Source of the DNA: Blasia pusilla | Lineage: Eukaryota | DNA length: 64,000 bases | NCBI GenBank assembly: GCA_050084515.1 | Contig: CM114271.1 | Location: forward strand, 2,170,001 to 2,234,000 | Direction of reading: 5' to 3' | In this document: positions 13,204-25,298 of the stretch, piece by piece | Layout: each line of letters starts with the position of its first letter | How positions within the stretch are numbered: the first letter of the stretch is position 1 | The notes under the pieces: model-generated | The model's input: the letters and a program-made list of their open reading frames with translations, nothing else | The model's database searches: none | What the model was told of the DNA's origin: nothing | Position numbers and translations under genes: made by a program

Positions 13204-16200
13204 AAAAATAAAGGTGCACTTCGATAAAAACGTGTGATGGAAAACCCATCGGAAGTACAAAAGAGGGGGACTCAAAGAGTCAAAACCTGAAGGCCACAAC
13301 AAGACCAGAAAAGGAAGAGGGGGGCATTCCCCCCCTAACAACGAAACTCACCAACAGCAGAGACAATATCAACAACAACAAGAGAGCTATGACTACTACT
13401 AAGTGGGCCTCTAGCGCCGGCGTCTCCCACAGCCTGAGCCCGCCGCAAAAGCCCATTAGCCTTGGGCACGCCGCAACGCTATGGAGACCCGCTGCCTACA
13501 ATAGAGAATCGCAGTAGCTAAGGACAACCCATTTCTCGAGTGGAGATGATGGGCACAGTCCGTAAGGAACGAGTCGAACCTCTCCCCCATAGCCCCATAC
13601 ATCTCTATGGCCAGGGGGATGAAGATGTGTCCCTCGTGAAGTCGACTGTAGATATGTGTCTTCTTCACCGCCGCCGCCGCCGCCGCCGCTCCTTGTAGCA
13701 TTCGCCCTTGGGCCACCACTTGGGCTCGCAGTGCCTCCCGCGTAGGATCTGTGACTACCATGTCCGCCACCACCATCTCAACCTCTCGTGTCATGTAAAG
13801 ATCAGCACGAATAAGGGAATCCCGCATGGAGTAGTGCCTCTCTCTCTCCACATGGAAGCCACTCTCCCGAGCAATACTGAACAGGATATCCCGCACTGCA
13901 TCGTGAGTGGCTTTCCTCTCACCCCCAACTGGACAGCGTGCCAAATGCACACCAAGTGGATCCAGGCTCCGGCAACACTCGCATTGTGTCGAACCAACCA
14001 CCGATGGTTGGGGGAGGCCCAAGCAGAACCGCATCGCTGTGGTATAGGTAAGTGGTGCGATACGGAAAGCCTGGAGAAGGGGGCGTGCCCCTACCCATGA
14101 GCCTGCCCCCTTTCCGGAGCAAGAGCGAATACGGGCCCTAACCTCCATGGGGATATTCCCGTCAAACATAGTGCCTCTAAAAACTGCCTCAAAGTGGGCT
14201 TCCATCAAGGAAGATTGGAGCCAGGCCCGACCGGAGGTAACTAAGGAGGAGAAAGTGGGGAGAACGGCTCTGGCCTCAACTCGAAGGGAATCTCTACAAG
14301 TTGTGAGTGAAGACTGAAGTGGGAAAGAGCCATCCTCAACCTGGGAGACGTAGTGTAGAAGGAGCGGTCTATCTCTAACCAAAAATCGGGAGCAAAGGAG
14401 GGGTGCCACTGTGGCCCAACTCCCTAAAAAAGCGGAGGGCGCCACTAACTCGGTCGAGAGAAGACCTACTCCACCAAAAGAAATCGGCCAAGAGGCCTGT
14501 CTACAAGCTAACTCCCCCATGGGGCACTCTAAGGAGCCGGGTCCTAGAAGATCCCCAAACACCTGCATGAGCTTCCTATCAAAGGATCTATATAGGGAAG
14601 AAAGGTGACTAGATGTCCAGACCGTTCTAGTGAGGTAACCAGGTCTACGAGCAAAACAAGAAGAGATAATGCCAAAGGCGACTTGAGGGTCACCAATCCT
14701 TGTAAGATCATCAACGTGGAGAAGATCCTCGGTAAGAGCGGCGCCCGAGGCTTCGATACAAAGTCCTGGCTCCCGAGCGGGACTCCCAAGACTCGAAGCC
14801 CTCCGACAGGTCGCAAGAAGCCGTCGGGTAAATGTAGATCATCACGTAGGCCTGATGGAGACCAAGCCTTGCACTTTCCCACCTTCACCGCCACGCCGAC
14901 ACGTGCCAACTGTGCTGAAAAGTGCTCAAATGCAGGGACAAACAGATCTCCAGGACCAACAATATGAGTATCATCTGCCAACGAAGGGAACATGCAACCC
15001 GGGAAAGCCTCCACCGTAGAAAGAACGCTCGATAATGAGCCCAAAGCAAACAACGCGCCACCCAGAGGGTCACCAGACGAGTCCCGGTAGCAGACTCCAA
15101 GACCGTGACCTCCTCCTCGAATCGACCATGGTGGAAATAGAGGGCCGAAGGGGCCCCATAGAAAGCCTGCACAAAGGGAATGAGGCTCACCATGGGGCCT
15201 CCCGCGTCCCTCAACTCTGTGAATATAGTAGCCCGAGATCTTTGAGTTGAAGGCGTTCTCCACGTCCACTTGGAGAACCACCCCTCTGGATGTACATCTA
15301 GACAAGCCCTCAAACCTAAGGCAACCGTCTCACATCCGGTGGCGTGGCAACTCCAAAGCGATGCGGACTCGGATATGGCGGAAAGCCTCACGGAATTGCA
15401 AAGCGAGAGTACGACTCACCAACCGCAAGAGCACCTCACCTATAGCAATCGGACGGATACCACCACCCTCCTTCGACAACGCCAAAAGTCGCCCCGCCCC
15501 TAATACTTGGGCCACTGCTGTTGGCACTCTCCCCTGAGCTAGGTGAGAGGCAACCTGAAGCAACTCGGAGAAGCCGCTAGCGGTGTCCTCGGAAGGAAAG
15601 CAATCACGAAGGTGTTCGTACATCATACCAGACAAACCTCCGGCGGCAATCCTCGGAGAACGTCCGAGTGCCTGTGCAAAGAGGGACGGGTCAAGGCATA
15701 TAGCCGTGTCAGGATGGAAGTCACGTGCAAAAGCTGGAATGTCAACCGCTGGACGAGGATGTATCCTCCGAAGGGCATCGATGGTAACAGTTGAAGAAGG
15801 AGCCATGTCCATCGGGCGAAGAGCACGTGCAGCTCGCGAGTACTCACAGGCTCGCCCTAGTGTCCTACATTGTCGCAACCTGGCTGCTCCAAGATCGTCC
15901 GCCGGGAAACCAGGTGAACTACTACCTCTGGCGAATGCCACAAACTCACTCTGCAGAGACTCCCAATCACCTCCTCGAAAGCGTCTCAAACGTGCCACAA
16001 CCTCTCTATGACCGGCCTTCCCTCCCCAAGTGTAACGAAGACACCATCGTGGAAGGAGAAGTAGTAGGTACCAAGAGAGCTCATCCATAGGATCAAGAGC
16101 GATCCTAGCTAGGGGAAGGAGGAATGCGTGGCGGAGGTCATCCCGAATAGCATGGGGGATCCTATGGAACAACCTCGGGCAGGGAAAACGGGTCTCGAAG

Positions 16201-17138
16201 AGACCTATAATGCTTCCCTGGTGGGACCTCAACCACTCCCATGCCTCAGGAGGGGGCGATGATGCGGGAAGCACCGGAGAGCATCCATGGTCAACCGGAG
16301 GGACCACCCATCCAAATCTATCAAAGTCATGATGTTTAGCCGCTAAGTGGTTCCGAATTCCTGAACGAGTGAAGAATTTGGGACAACATGGGCATTTAGT
16401 ATCCCGACTAGACAACCCACGGGTCCCCACACGGGGAGCCGATGCGGGTCGAGGCATGGATGCAACTCACCAAGAAGAGGTCATGGCCCCCTCCAATAAA
16501 ATCGTGCGACAATCCCCCGCCAATAACTGTCCTATCATCCCCATTCGAACGAGCGTTCCTGGCAAACAACTCTCTTCCCGTCCACAGTAATGCTCCCTCT
16601 AACATAAACTCTCACCTACCAACATCACCTAGGACTTCTAGTCCCAACCCCCTCCCAAAAATGAACTCATGAATACCTAGAGTTGCTAAGAGTGTGAAAA
16701 GATCATGGGCCAAAATAGATAAAATAGATGAGAAGAAAAGTGTATCTACGGGAGGGGTAACAAATACAAACGTGAATCGAACCAAAATGAGAAGCACATA
16801 CGACAAATACGACAAACAAGGAAGGGTGGGTGAATAGAGGACGTTACCTTGGGAAATTTCTCCAAATGACAATAAGCAAAGCCCTAATACTCACATTTGG
16901 AACCCTAATATGAACCAAATTCTAAAAAGATGAATAAAAATAAAAATACATCACGCCATGCATCAAGGTCCAGATCAAAACGAAGCCCTCATCACGCTCT
17001 CCGTTTCGATATGTAGCACGTCCCTTCTCTTCCCCGGCACCCACCGTTCTTCCTCCCGTCGTCCCCGTCCATGCCTCCTGCCGCCCCCGTCCCAAACTCA
17101 AAACTGATAGAGCATATAGCCCTACGTGGGGAGAAGAA
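13204..17138 (-). mobile_element. CRE-like RLE non-LTR retrotransposon, copy A (near full length)
   Basis: Single-ORF layout C2H2 finger, RT, CCHC, RLE. The 5' region (~17040-17095) is homologous to the 5' end of copy B. A candidate short TSD tccagg lies at 13198-13203 and 17139-17144. Confidence 0.85.
13335..16457 (-). pseudogene. Frameshifted RT/RLE ORF of CRE copy A
   Basis: Motifs in order: CPCCPKFFTRSGIRNHLAAKH (C2H2); GGIRPIAIGEVLLRL; QVDVENAFN; GDPLG; SLADD; GLRVLG; CECCRSLDPLGVHLARC (CCHC); THDAVRD; RADLYM..ADMVVTD..KK..Y..FIPLAIEMYG (RLE). Several frameshifts interrupt it. Confidence 0.9.
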
Positions 17139-20100
17139 TCCAGGTCAGTACCAACGGACGATTATGGGGGGGGGACGTTGCATGGACGGGACGGATGTGA
17201 AGCAATGAACCAACCAATCGACTACCGTCCCCCCCCCCGTCCGTGCTATACCGTCACCGGTCGTCCGAAAGCAGATACCGGGAACCGGGCAGATTCTCAC
17301 CACCGCCTCGACCGCTCTGCTCATATGCTCCAAATAGCAGAAATCTTTCAAACACAATATTCGTTTTCCGCTATAGAAACCAGTGTGGCGGCCTTTAAGC
17401 TCTATAAGTGTTTTTCCAGTAGATGACTCATCACGAGAATTTTTTTATGGACGTACATCCAAAATTTGATATATTTTTAAATTTGGTGACTAAAATGTGA
17501 ATATAATTATGGAAACGGATATATATAAACCATAGTGGGGCCCTTTGAGAGGGGTGGGAGTAGACAAATTTTAATAAACAATTGTGGAAGACATGTGGAT
17601 AGTGTAAATGATGAAAAAAAAATGATGGGAACTTGTAAGGGCCATAATTAACATAAACAATGTGATGCACACGTTCATAATTAATTTTTCTAATTTTAAA
17701 ATATTATTTCAAATAAAATTTGAATGATCTTATTGGTTCAAAAAGTGAATAATTTTATTAGTTGAAAATACCAAATGTCAAGCAAGAAAATTTGCAAAAT
17801 GAAAAGATATTCTCCCATAATAATACAGTTATACAAAATTCAGAGCATCATAGATAGAAAAGAGTTATCGTTTTTCTTTATTCAAATCTCCTACCATCGA
17901 TAAAATATATATGTCTTTTTTTTAAAATTTTAAATCTATTTAGATTATTTTTTGAATTTTTTCCTTTGCATTTCTCACTATGTGTCACAAAAATATTTTC
18001 ATGTAAATATTTAATAATTTTTGCAATAAAAATCATGGAATGAAATCCTATTTTGGATGTGGATATGGGATTTGGAAATGGTAAAAGTTTTAAAGGGTGC
18101 CAAATTCATGGCGCTAAATAATGAGGCTATGCAACAATTGAACAATCTAGCATGAGTCATAATTAGAAAAACCTTATAGAAATTTACATGGACATGAAAT
18201 TATTTGAGTTTTTGGGATGAAGGAGAAGGCAAAACTACAAATAAAATACTATCAAAACTAATGGAAGATTTTTGACCCAAATGTATCAACAAAAGTCAAT
18301 GAGATATTTGGAATTTTCTGGATGAGATAGAGGGTTTAGATCAAACTTTTGAAAATTCAAAAAATGTGGAATAAACTTTTAAGAGAAGGGTAAAGCAATA
18401 AATACTTGTGAGATATATTGTGTATAATAAAATATTTTTTTATGCCATATGTAAAATTAAATCAAATTCCAATTTGTTGAAGTTGACGCGGATAATGTTT
18501 TACACCACTTGCAAAACATAGAGAACTAATATTGTCATAATAATATAGATAATGAAAAAAATATAAGACTAAATATTCTTGCGTGCCATGATAATACGCG
18601 TCTTGAAAACTGAAACAAACAAATATAAAATAAATATACGTGGCTGAGCCTAAGGAAAGGAGGGAGTTACAGAAGGACACTTGGATGGAATATCTCTCCG
18701 TTGGACTTTAATGCATGAAGCTACCCCCTCCGGTCCCGTCCTTCCTTGGGCGACTCCTGATCAATCCATGACCGCTAAAGCCCGAGGCCGTCGGTCGCGG
18801 GTACCTTCTGTCTTCGTTTCTTTTTTTACCGGGTAAGGCCTCAATCTGCGGCACCGAGAAACCGGCTGCGTGCCATCCCATGGCGACAGGAGGACCGGCT
18901 GAAAAGGGTCATGAAGTGGGGCCCACGCCAGTGAGTTCTTCATCTCCAGCGATCGAACGGTGCGGGTTCTCCGGTTACGGATGCGGAGTGAGTTTATAAT
19001 TAGTGACCTGTAGGTGTTAAGGATAATCGGCAGAGGAGACGGTGATTACGGGGGCGCCCCGTAATCAGCTCCCGCCTCGGCGCGGGGCCTGGCCGGGCCG
19101 GCCCGGGCCGGACCGGGCCTCGTTTACCGATTGCCGCGGATTCTTCCCGAGACACGAATCACAGGCCAAGCGTGCCACCTCTGCGGCTCCGTAGCGGCCG
19201 TAAGATGTGCGTGGAGCGCCGTACTACTAGCCGTAGAGCGATGGATGGGCCGTAGACCACTCACAAGCAGCCACGAGACTCATGGGAGTCATGGCATGCT
19301 AGAAAGTGTAGAATTCGGCACTACTCTACGGTACCGACCGTACGCGGACGGGAGAGAGCACGCCCATTAGAGCATGAAGGCGGTTTGCCATTTTTCCCCG
19401 GCCTAAAACATGTGAAGTTGACTTTGGATAGAGGATAATCAAATTATAATTCACACTAGTTGGTCCAATTGTCTATAATATTTTATGTTGAATTGGAGTG
19501 ATCTTACTGGTTTAGATAGTTAGCTATTCTATTTTCTAAACAGAAATGAGAGGTGATTTCAAAATGAATTGGTATTCTTTAATAATAATGTAGAATTTTT
19601 CTGATATTTATTGGAAAACTTGTGTGGCCCGAGAGGGATAGGGAGAATAAGATTATTAAATTACTAAACACGTGTGGAGTACACGTGAAAAGAAAAACGA
19701 TGGATATCAATAGATGCCGTAATTATTTCATTTCGGTATAGCTAGATGGTTGCTTCGTGATTTGAGAGTCTATCCATGAGCATTTACCTCCAGAGATAAG
19801 TAGATACTTACGCTAAGGCCACCTCCTTTATCCGCTTATCATGGTTTCTTTTTCTTTTTTTTACACATTAGGTTACTTGAATGATGTGTAATGATGTTCT
19901 CACTTTCGTGTCTTATTTTTCTATTATTAGTATCAGATTTTATACTTCTACAAGTTTTTTGATATTTCTACAATATTTTGATTTATGGAATTTCAAACTA
20001 ATTTTCTCACATCAATATCTATTTATATGCATTTACCATATTTCTTTTATGTACTTTTATGCAACAAGGATAGATGAGGATTATAATAGCATTACGTTAT

Positions 20101-20910
20101 GGGAGGTTTCACACAAGTGATTCTTTGCAAGCCACTGGTGATTGGAAGCCAACAATATGCAATTATGCAATTGATGAAGATCTGCCAACATCACGTGAAT
20201 ACTTAACATGCCCAAAAATGTCACTACAAGTCTACCACAATATATGTATCGCATTAGATCAAGCTAAGAAGAACTTGTGCCACTTATCTACACGTTTTGC
20301 AGAACTTAGTCGCCAATTGGATACAAGCTATGACAGAAACAACTCCATTTTGATGGCTCTTGAAAAGATTTTTTTTTAAAAGTCAGTAATGCAAAACCGA
20401 CATTTGCTGACTTTTCTAAAGATATTGAGCATGAGATCTGGCCCTTATATGAATCTAGGATCTTCATATATGCGAGAGAGTGGGCCATGGACCGGAGGAC
20501 CAAATTGTGATCATAGATTTTTGGGACTAATCGCTTTATTTTAACATTTAAATAAAATTCCTATTTTTTAAATTGGAAGGATTTAATTTCCTGTGCATAA
20601 TGGGAAATCCTATTCTTACATGCTGATTTTATTCAAAGGTTCTTACAGCGTTGGGCCATGAGTTAGGTTGTGCTTGTGCCTTGTCATAATCTCGTATGTA
20701 GGACTCGTTGGTGTCACAACTTTTTAGGATAGATCGGAGAGATCTAATAGAGTTGTTGGATTCTCAACATCCACTTCTCTTAGCACCATTAATCTGATCG
20801 GCCCCCTTGTATGAGGAGAAGCCTAGATTGATGGTTCCGACTTAGACGTCGAACGAGTCATAGTAATATGACTTAGGTGGTTTTAGGAGTAGCGTATCTA
20901 GGATTATCTA

Positions 20911-20957
20911 ACCCTATATTGCATCAGGGTGCGGGGCACCCTGATGCAATATAGGGT
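20911..20957. mobile_element. 47-bp palindromic micro-MITE with TA duplication in the 5' LTR
   Basis: accctatattgcatcagggtgc-ggg-gcaccctgatgcaatatagggt is flanked by TA on both sides. The 3' LTR shows the empty site tatcTAgatcc at ~25479-25489. Confidence 0.75.
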
Positions 20958-21280
20958 TAGATCCGGGGATGCAGCTTAGGGAAAAAAATTCTATTAATAG
21001 AAACGAAGGAAAATAGGTAAAAAACCCTAGTTTCCTTAGTAGTGAAATAGTTGGGAGCCATAGCGGTAGCGTATTCTCGTATGTTGAGTTATTTCCATGT
21101 TCAGGTTCCATCGAATCTCTTCTGTGAGCGCACGGACGGACTAGGCCACTTTGTATCTCTAAGTTTTGTAAAGATTTAAGTGATTTTGTCACTTTCTATT
21201 TTCTCACATGGTATCAAAGCAGTAGGTTTTCCAGTATTTTGTATCTGGCGATCTAGTGTGTTTGCACAAAATCTTGAGAG

Positions 21281-24200
21281 ATGACTACTTCTTCATCAGT
21301 TCGTGCTCGCCCTCCTCCGCTGGGAAGGGAAGTTAGATGGGTCTAACTATACATTGTGGAAGTTCAAAATGAGAACTGTCCTCCAATCATTTGAGATCTG
21401 GGAGACGGCCACAGGGGTCGATTCGAATCCATAATCTACTTTGAGTTCTGCATGTTCGTCTTCATCTGGTGATATCGATCCTGTTGTATTGCTGGCATGG
21501 AAACGTAGAAACGTTGATGCTCTATATGCGATTTTCACGAATGTAATTGATTCTGTCATGACTCTCATTCAACATACAACCACTATTGCTCAAGCGTGGA
21601 ACATTATGAAGAATCAGTATGAAACGAGGAATGAGACTCGGATTCAGAATCTGGAGAATCAGCTTACGTCCGAGAAATTTTCAGAAGGAGAAAGCGCGGA
21701 GCAATTTTTAACAAGGATGAAGAATCTTCAAGATCAGATGGCGTCCGTAGGAATTTCAAAGTCTAGCGAAGATTTGGCACGTCGGTGCATAAGGATTTTT
21801 CCTCCAAGGTATGATAGTTTGGTCATTCTATTGAATACTCAAGTAAGACCCACGCCACTTACTTTTGAATAATTTAGTACAATGTTGGTAGAAGAGGAAA
21901 TGCGCTTCAAAGCAAGAGAGGGAAGTGATGCAGCATTTACTGCCAACGTACAAAGAGGTAGAAATCATGATTACAGTTCAAATGTCAAGAAAAATTTTCC
22001 AAGGAAAGCCTTCAAATGCTTTTATTGTGGTAAGCTAGGTCATCTTATCAAAGATTGTAGAAAGAGGAGTCAGGATGAGAAGGACGTTTGTTTAAGACCT
22101 AAGAAGGAGTCTGGAAATTCTGTAGAACTAGGAGAACGTGAAGTAGGTGCTTGGGTAGCAATCGAAGAGTTTTGCACACATGCATAACATTCCACAAAGT
22201 CAAAGAGTGAAGATGCATGGGTGCTCGATAGTGGAGCATCTAGGCATATGACCAATCATAAGGATTGGTATAGCTCCTTACAGCCTCTACAGGAGCCCAT
22301 CGTTATTACTATTGGGAATAATGCAACGTGCCCTGTAGAAGGGAAAGGCACAATTTTTTTAGTCTCACAAAAAGGAGATGAAAAGAAGTTAACTGATGTA
22401 CTGCACGTACCAAAGTTGAAGCGAAATTTGATTTCAGTAGCAGTATTATGTGATCGTGACCTAGAAGTTCGTTTCAAGAAAACTGGAGCAATCATTGAGG
22501 ATGCCAATGGGAAAGTAGTGGGTGAAGGTATACGACGTGGAAATATCTACGAGTTGTATGCTTTCACAACAAGTGTAGGTACAGTTCTTAGTAGCAGTAA
22601 GTTGTGGCATGAAAGATTTGGTCACCTAAGCTTTCCCTTACCAAGTCAGATGTAGAAATCTGGCATGGTTGTTGATTTACCAACAATTTATGGAGTGTCG
22701 GATACATATGAAGCTTATATGATGGGCAAGCAACACCGACAACCATTTCCATAAGAGTCCACCAATAGAGCAAAGGCTCCTCTAGAGCTGATTCATGCTG
22801 ACCTTTGTGGTAAAATGAGAACAGTGGCATTAAGTGGTTCTTCCTACTTCTTTTTAGTTGTCGACGATTATAGTAGGAAGATGTGGGTGTATTTCCTTCA
22901 TGATAAGGCAAGTGCTTTTGGAAAATTTAAATTATGGCACAAGCTGGTTGAGAATAAGACAGGAAAGAAGGTACAAAAGCTTCGCACCGATCGAGGAGGA
23001 GAATTCTTATCAACCGAATTCAACAAATCTTTGGGGGAGCATGGAATCAAGCGAGAGTTAACCACGGCACATACACCAAAACAAAATGCAGTTGTTGAGC
23101 GTCGAAACGATATATTGTGGAGATGGCATGTATGATGAAAGAAAAAGGTTTGACAGAAAGATTTTGGGCTGAAGTTGTTAATACTGCCGTTTACATTCTA
23201 AATAGAAGTGCTACCAAGTCAGTGCAAGGCATGACTCCTCATCAATCATACTCAAGTAAGGTACCATCAGTCCAACATTTCATGACTTTTGGTAGTGAGT
23301 GCTTTGTACATATTCTTGAAGCATCCAGGACCAAGCTGGAGTCCAAGAGCAAGCAATGCATCTTTATGGGATACAGTGATGAGTCTAAAGCTTATCGCCT
23401 ATGGTGTCCTGAGGCAAAGAAGATGCTTATGAGTCGTGATGTGGTGTTCCAAGAACAGCCTCATCAAGTGGCGAATATCAGTGGTCCGTCCACATTATCA
23501 TCAAACAAAGAGATAACCCAGCAGAGCACACCACCAATGTTTACACCAGATCATCAAGAAGAAGAATTAAGTGATGATTACAAAGAGCAGCCTGCTCTTC
23601 CACTACGGTTGCCATACCCTAAGTGGAAAAAGCAGCTCTTGGATGGTAAGGATCCACTAGCAACTGATGAAGTTGTTACACATCCAAGGAGATCCAAGAG
23701 ACTAGAGGAGCAGAATAGAACTTCCGCACATCTTGTCAACATGGCCTTGATGACAAAGGTCTTGAAGGTGGAAGAGCCATATGCATCATGCTTGGATGAG
23801 ACCCTTGCTCATCCTCAATGGAGAGAGGCCATGCAGATGGAGATGGACGCTATTCAGAGAAATGAAACTTGGACTTTGGTTGAGAAGCCAAAGGATATGA
23901 AGATAATACGCACCAAGTGGGTGTACAAGACCAAGTACAAGTCGGACGGTACATTGGATAAATTCAAAGCGAGGTTGGTTGCACAAGGATGCTCACAAAT
24001 CGAAGGTTTTGACGGTTATGAGACTTTTGCTCCTACTGCAAGGATGATAACCATTTGAATTGTTCTAGCGGTTGCAGGAACAAGACGTTGGTCTGTATAC
24101 CAATACGATGTGAAGTCTGCCTTTCTGAACGGGAGTCTCAAGGAGGAGGTGTATGTATCTGAACCACCAGGTTTTGAGACACCTAGATCAAAAGAGAAAG

Positions 24201-25298
24201 TGTGTTTACTTCATCGAGCATTGTATGGATTGAAGCAAGCCCCAAGGGTATGGTATCAACGAATAGATACATTCTTCCGAGAGAAGGGTCTCATCAAGAG
24301 TCCATCAGAAGAAAATTTGTATGTGTTTTGCGAAGATGGGATGTATATGTTGATAGTCTTGTATGTGGATGATCTGATCATCACAGGAGACCACAATAAG
24401 AAAATAGAGGAAATGAAGGGAGTGTTGAAATCTGAGTTTGAAATGTCAGATTTAGGTCTTTTGCACTACTTTATAGGGCTGGAGATTTGGCAACAATCAG
24501 ATTCTATTTTTCTCTCTCAGCAAAAGTATGCTAGAGAAATCTTGAAGGCATTCGAGATGACCGAGTGTAAGGCAGTGGTCTTGCCAATGGAGGTAGAGTT
24601 GAAACTCTCTATGGAGGATGTTTCACCATTGGTAGATGAAAAGTTGTACAGAAAACTTGTAGGCAGTTTGATATTTTTGTGTAACACTAGACCAGACATT
24701 AGCTTCGCTATGGGAGTGTTGAGTAGGTTCTCAACTAAGCCTCGTGAGAACCATTGGAAGACAGGGATGCGTGCGTTGAAGCAAAGGCACTATCGAGTAC
24801 CGCATCACCTATGGAGCAGGGACGGAAATGACAGCTTTTTGTGACTCGGATTGGGTAGGAGATTCAGATTCTTGGAGATCAGTTTCGGGTTATTGCTTCT
24901 TGGTAGGATCAGGTGAGGTGTCATGGGTCAGCAAGAAGCAACCTACTATGGCTCTTTCTTCTACCGAGGCAGAGTACAAGGCGGCTTGTTATGCTTCTTG
25001 TGAAGCAATATGGTTGAGATGGATATTGGAGGACATAGGAGAAGCACCATAAAGTGCTACTGTAATGTGGTGTGACAATCAGAGTTGCATTGCCATAGCA
25101 CATAATCCTGTGTTTCATGCTCGTACGAAGCACATAGAGATTTAATATAATTTTTTTCGTGAATTGATCGAGAGAGAGGTTTTGAAGTTAGTCTATTGTC
25201 CAACAGAGGATAACCGTGCATACATCTTCATGAAAGCTTTGAGCGGAGATCAGCTTCACCGACATCTGAAGGGTCTTGGCATAGGTCCAAGACAGTAG
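21281..25298 (+). pseudogene. Copia gag-pol with stops and frameshifts
   Basis: Gag knuckle CFYCGKLGHLIKDC; protease WVLDSGAS; LWHERFGH; integrase VDDYSR, LRTDRGGEF, ERRN; RT KARLVAQG, LYGLKQAP, LYVDD; RNase H CDSDW, STEAEY, CDNQS. Confidence 0.95.

Noticed and set aside
17095-17140. Possible ribozyme at the CRE 5' end
   Set aside because: No complete hammerhead or HDV core is visible; an Infernal search would be needed.
13173-18748. Possible hAT-type MITE (caagg...ccttg, ggacgg/ccgtcc motifs) hosting CRE copy A
   Set aside because: No matching 8-bp TSD, and the terminal match is only ~5 bp.
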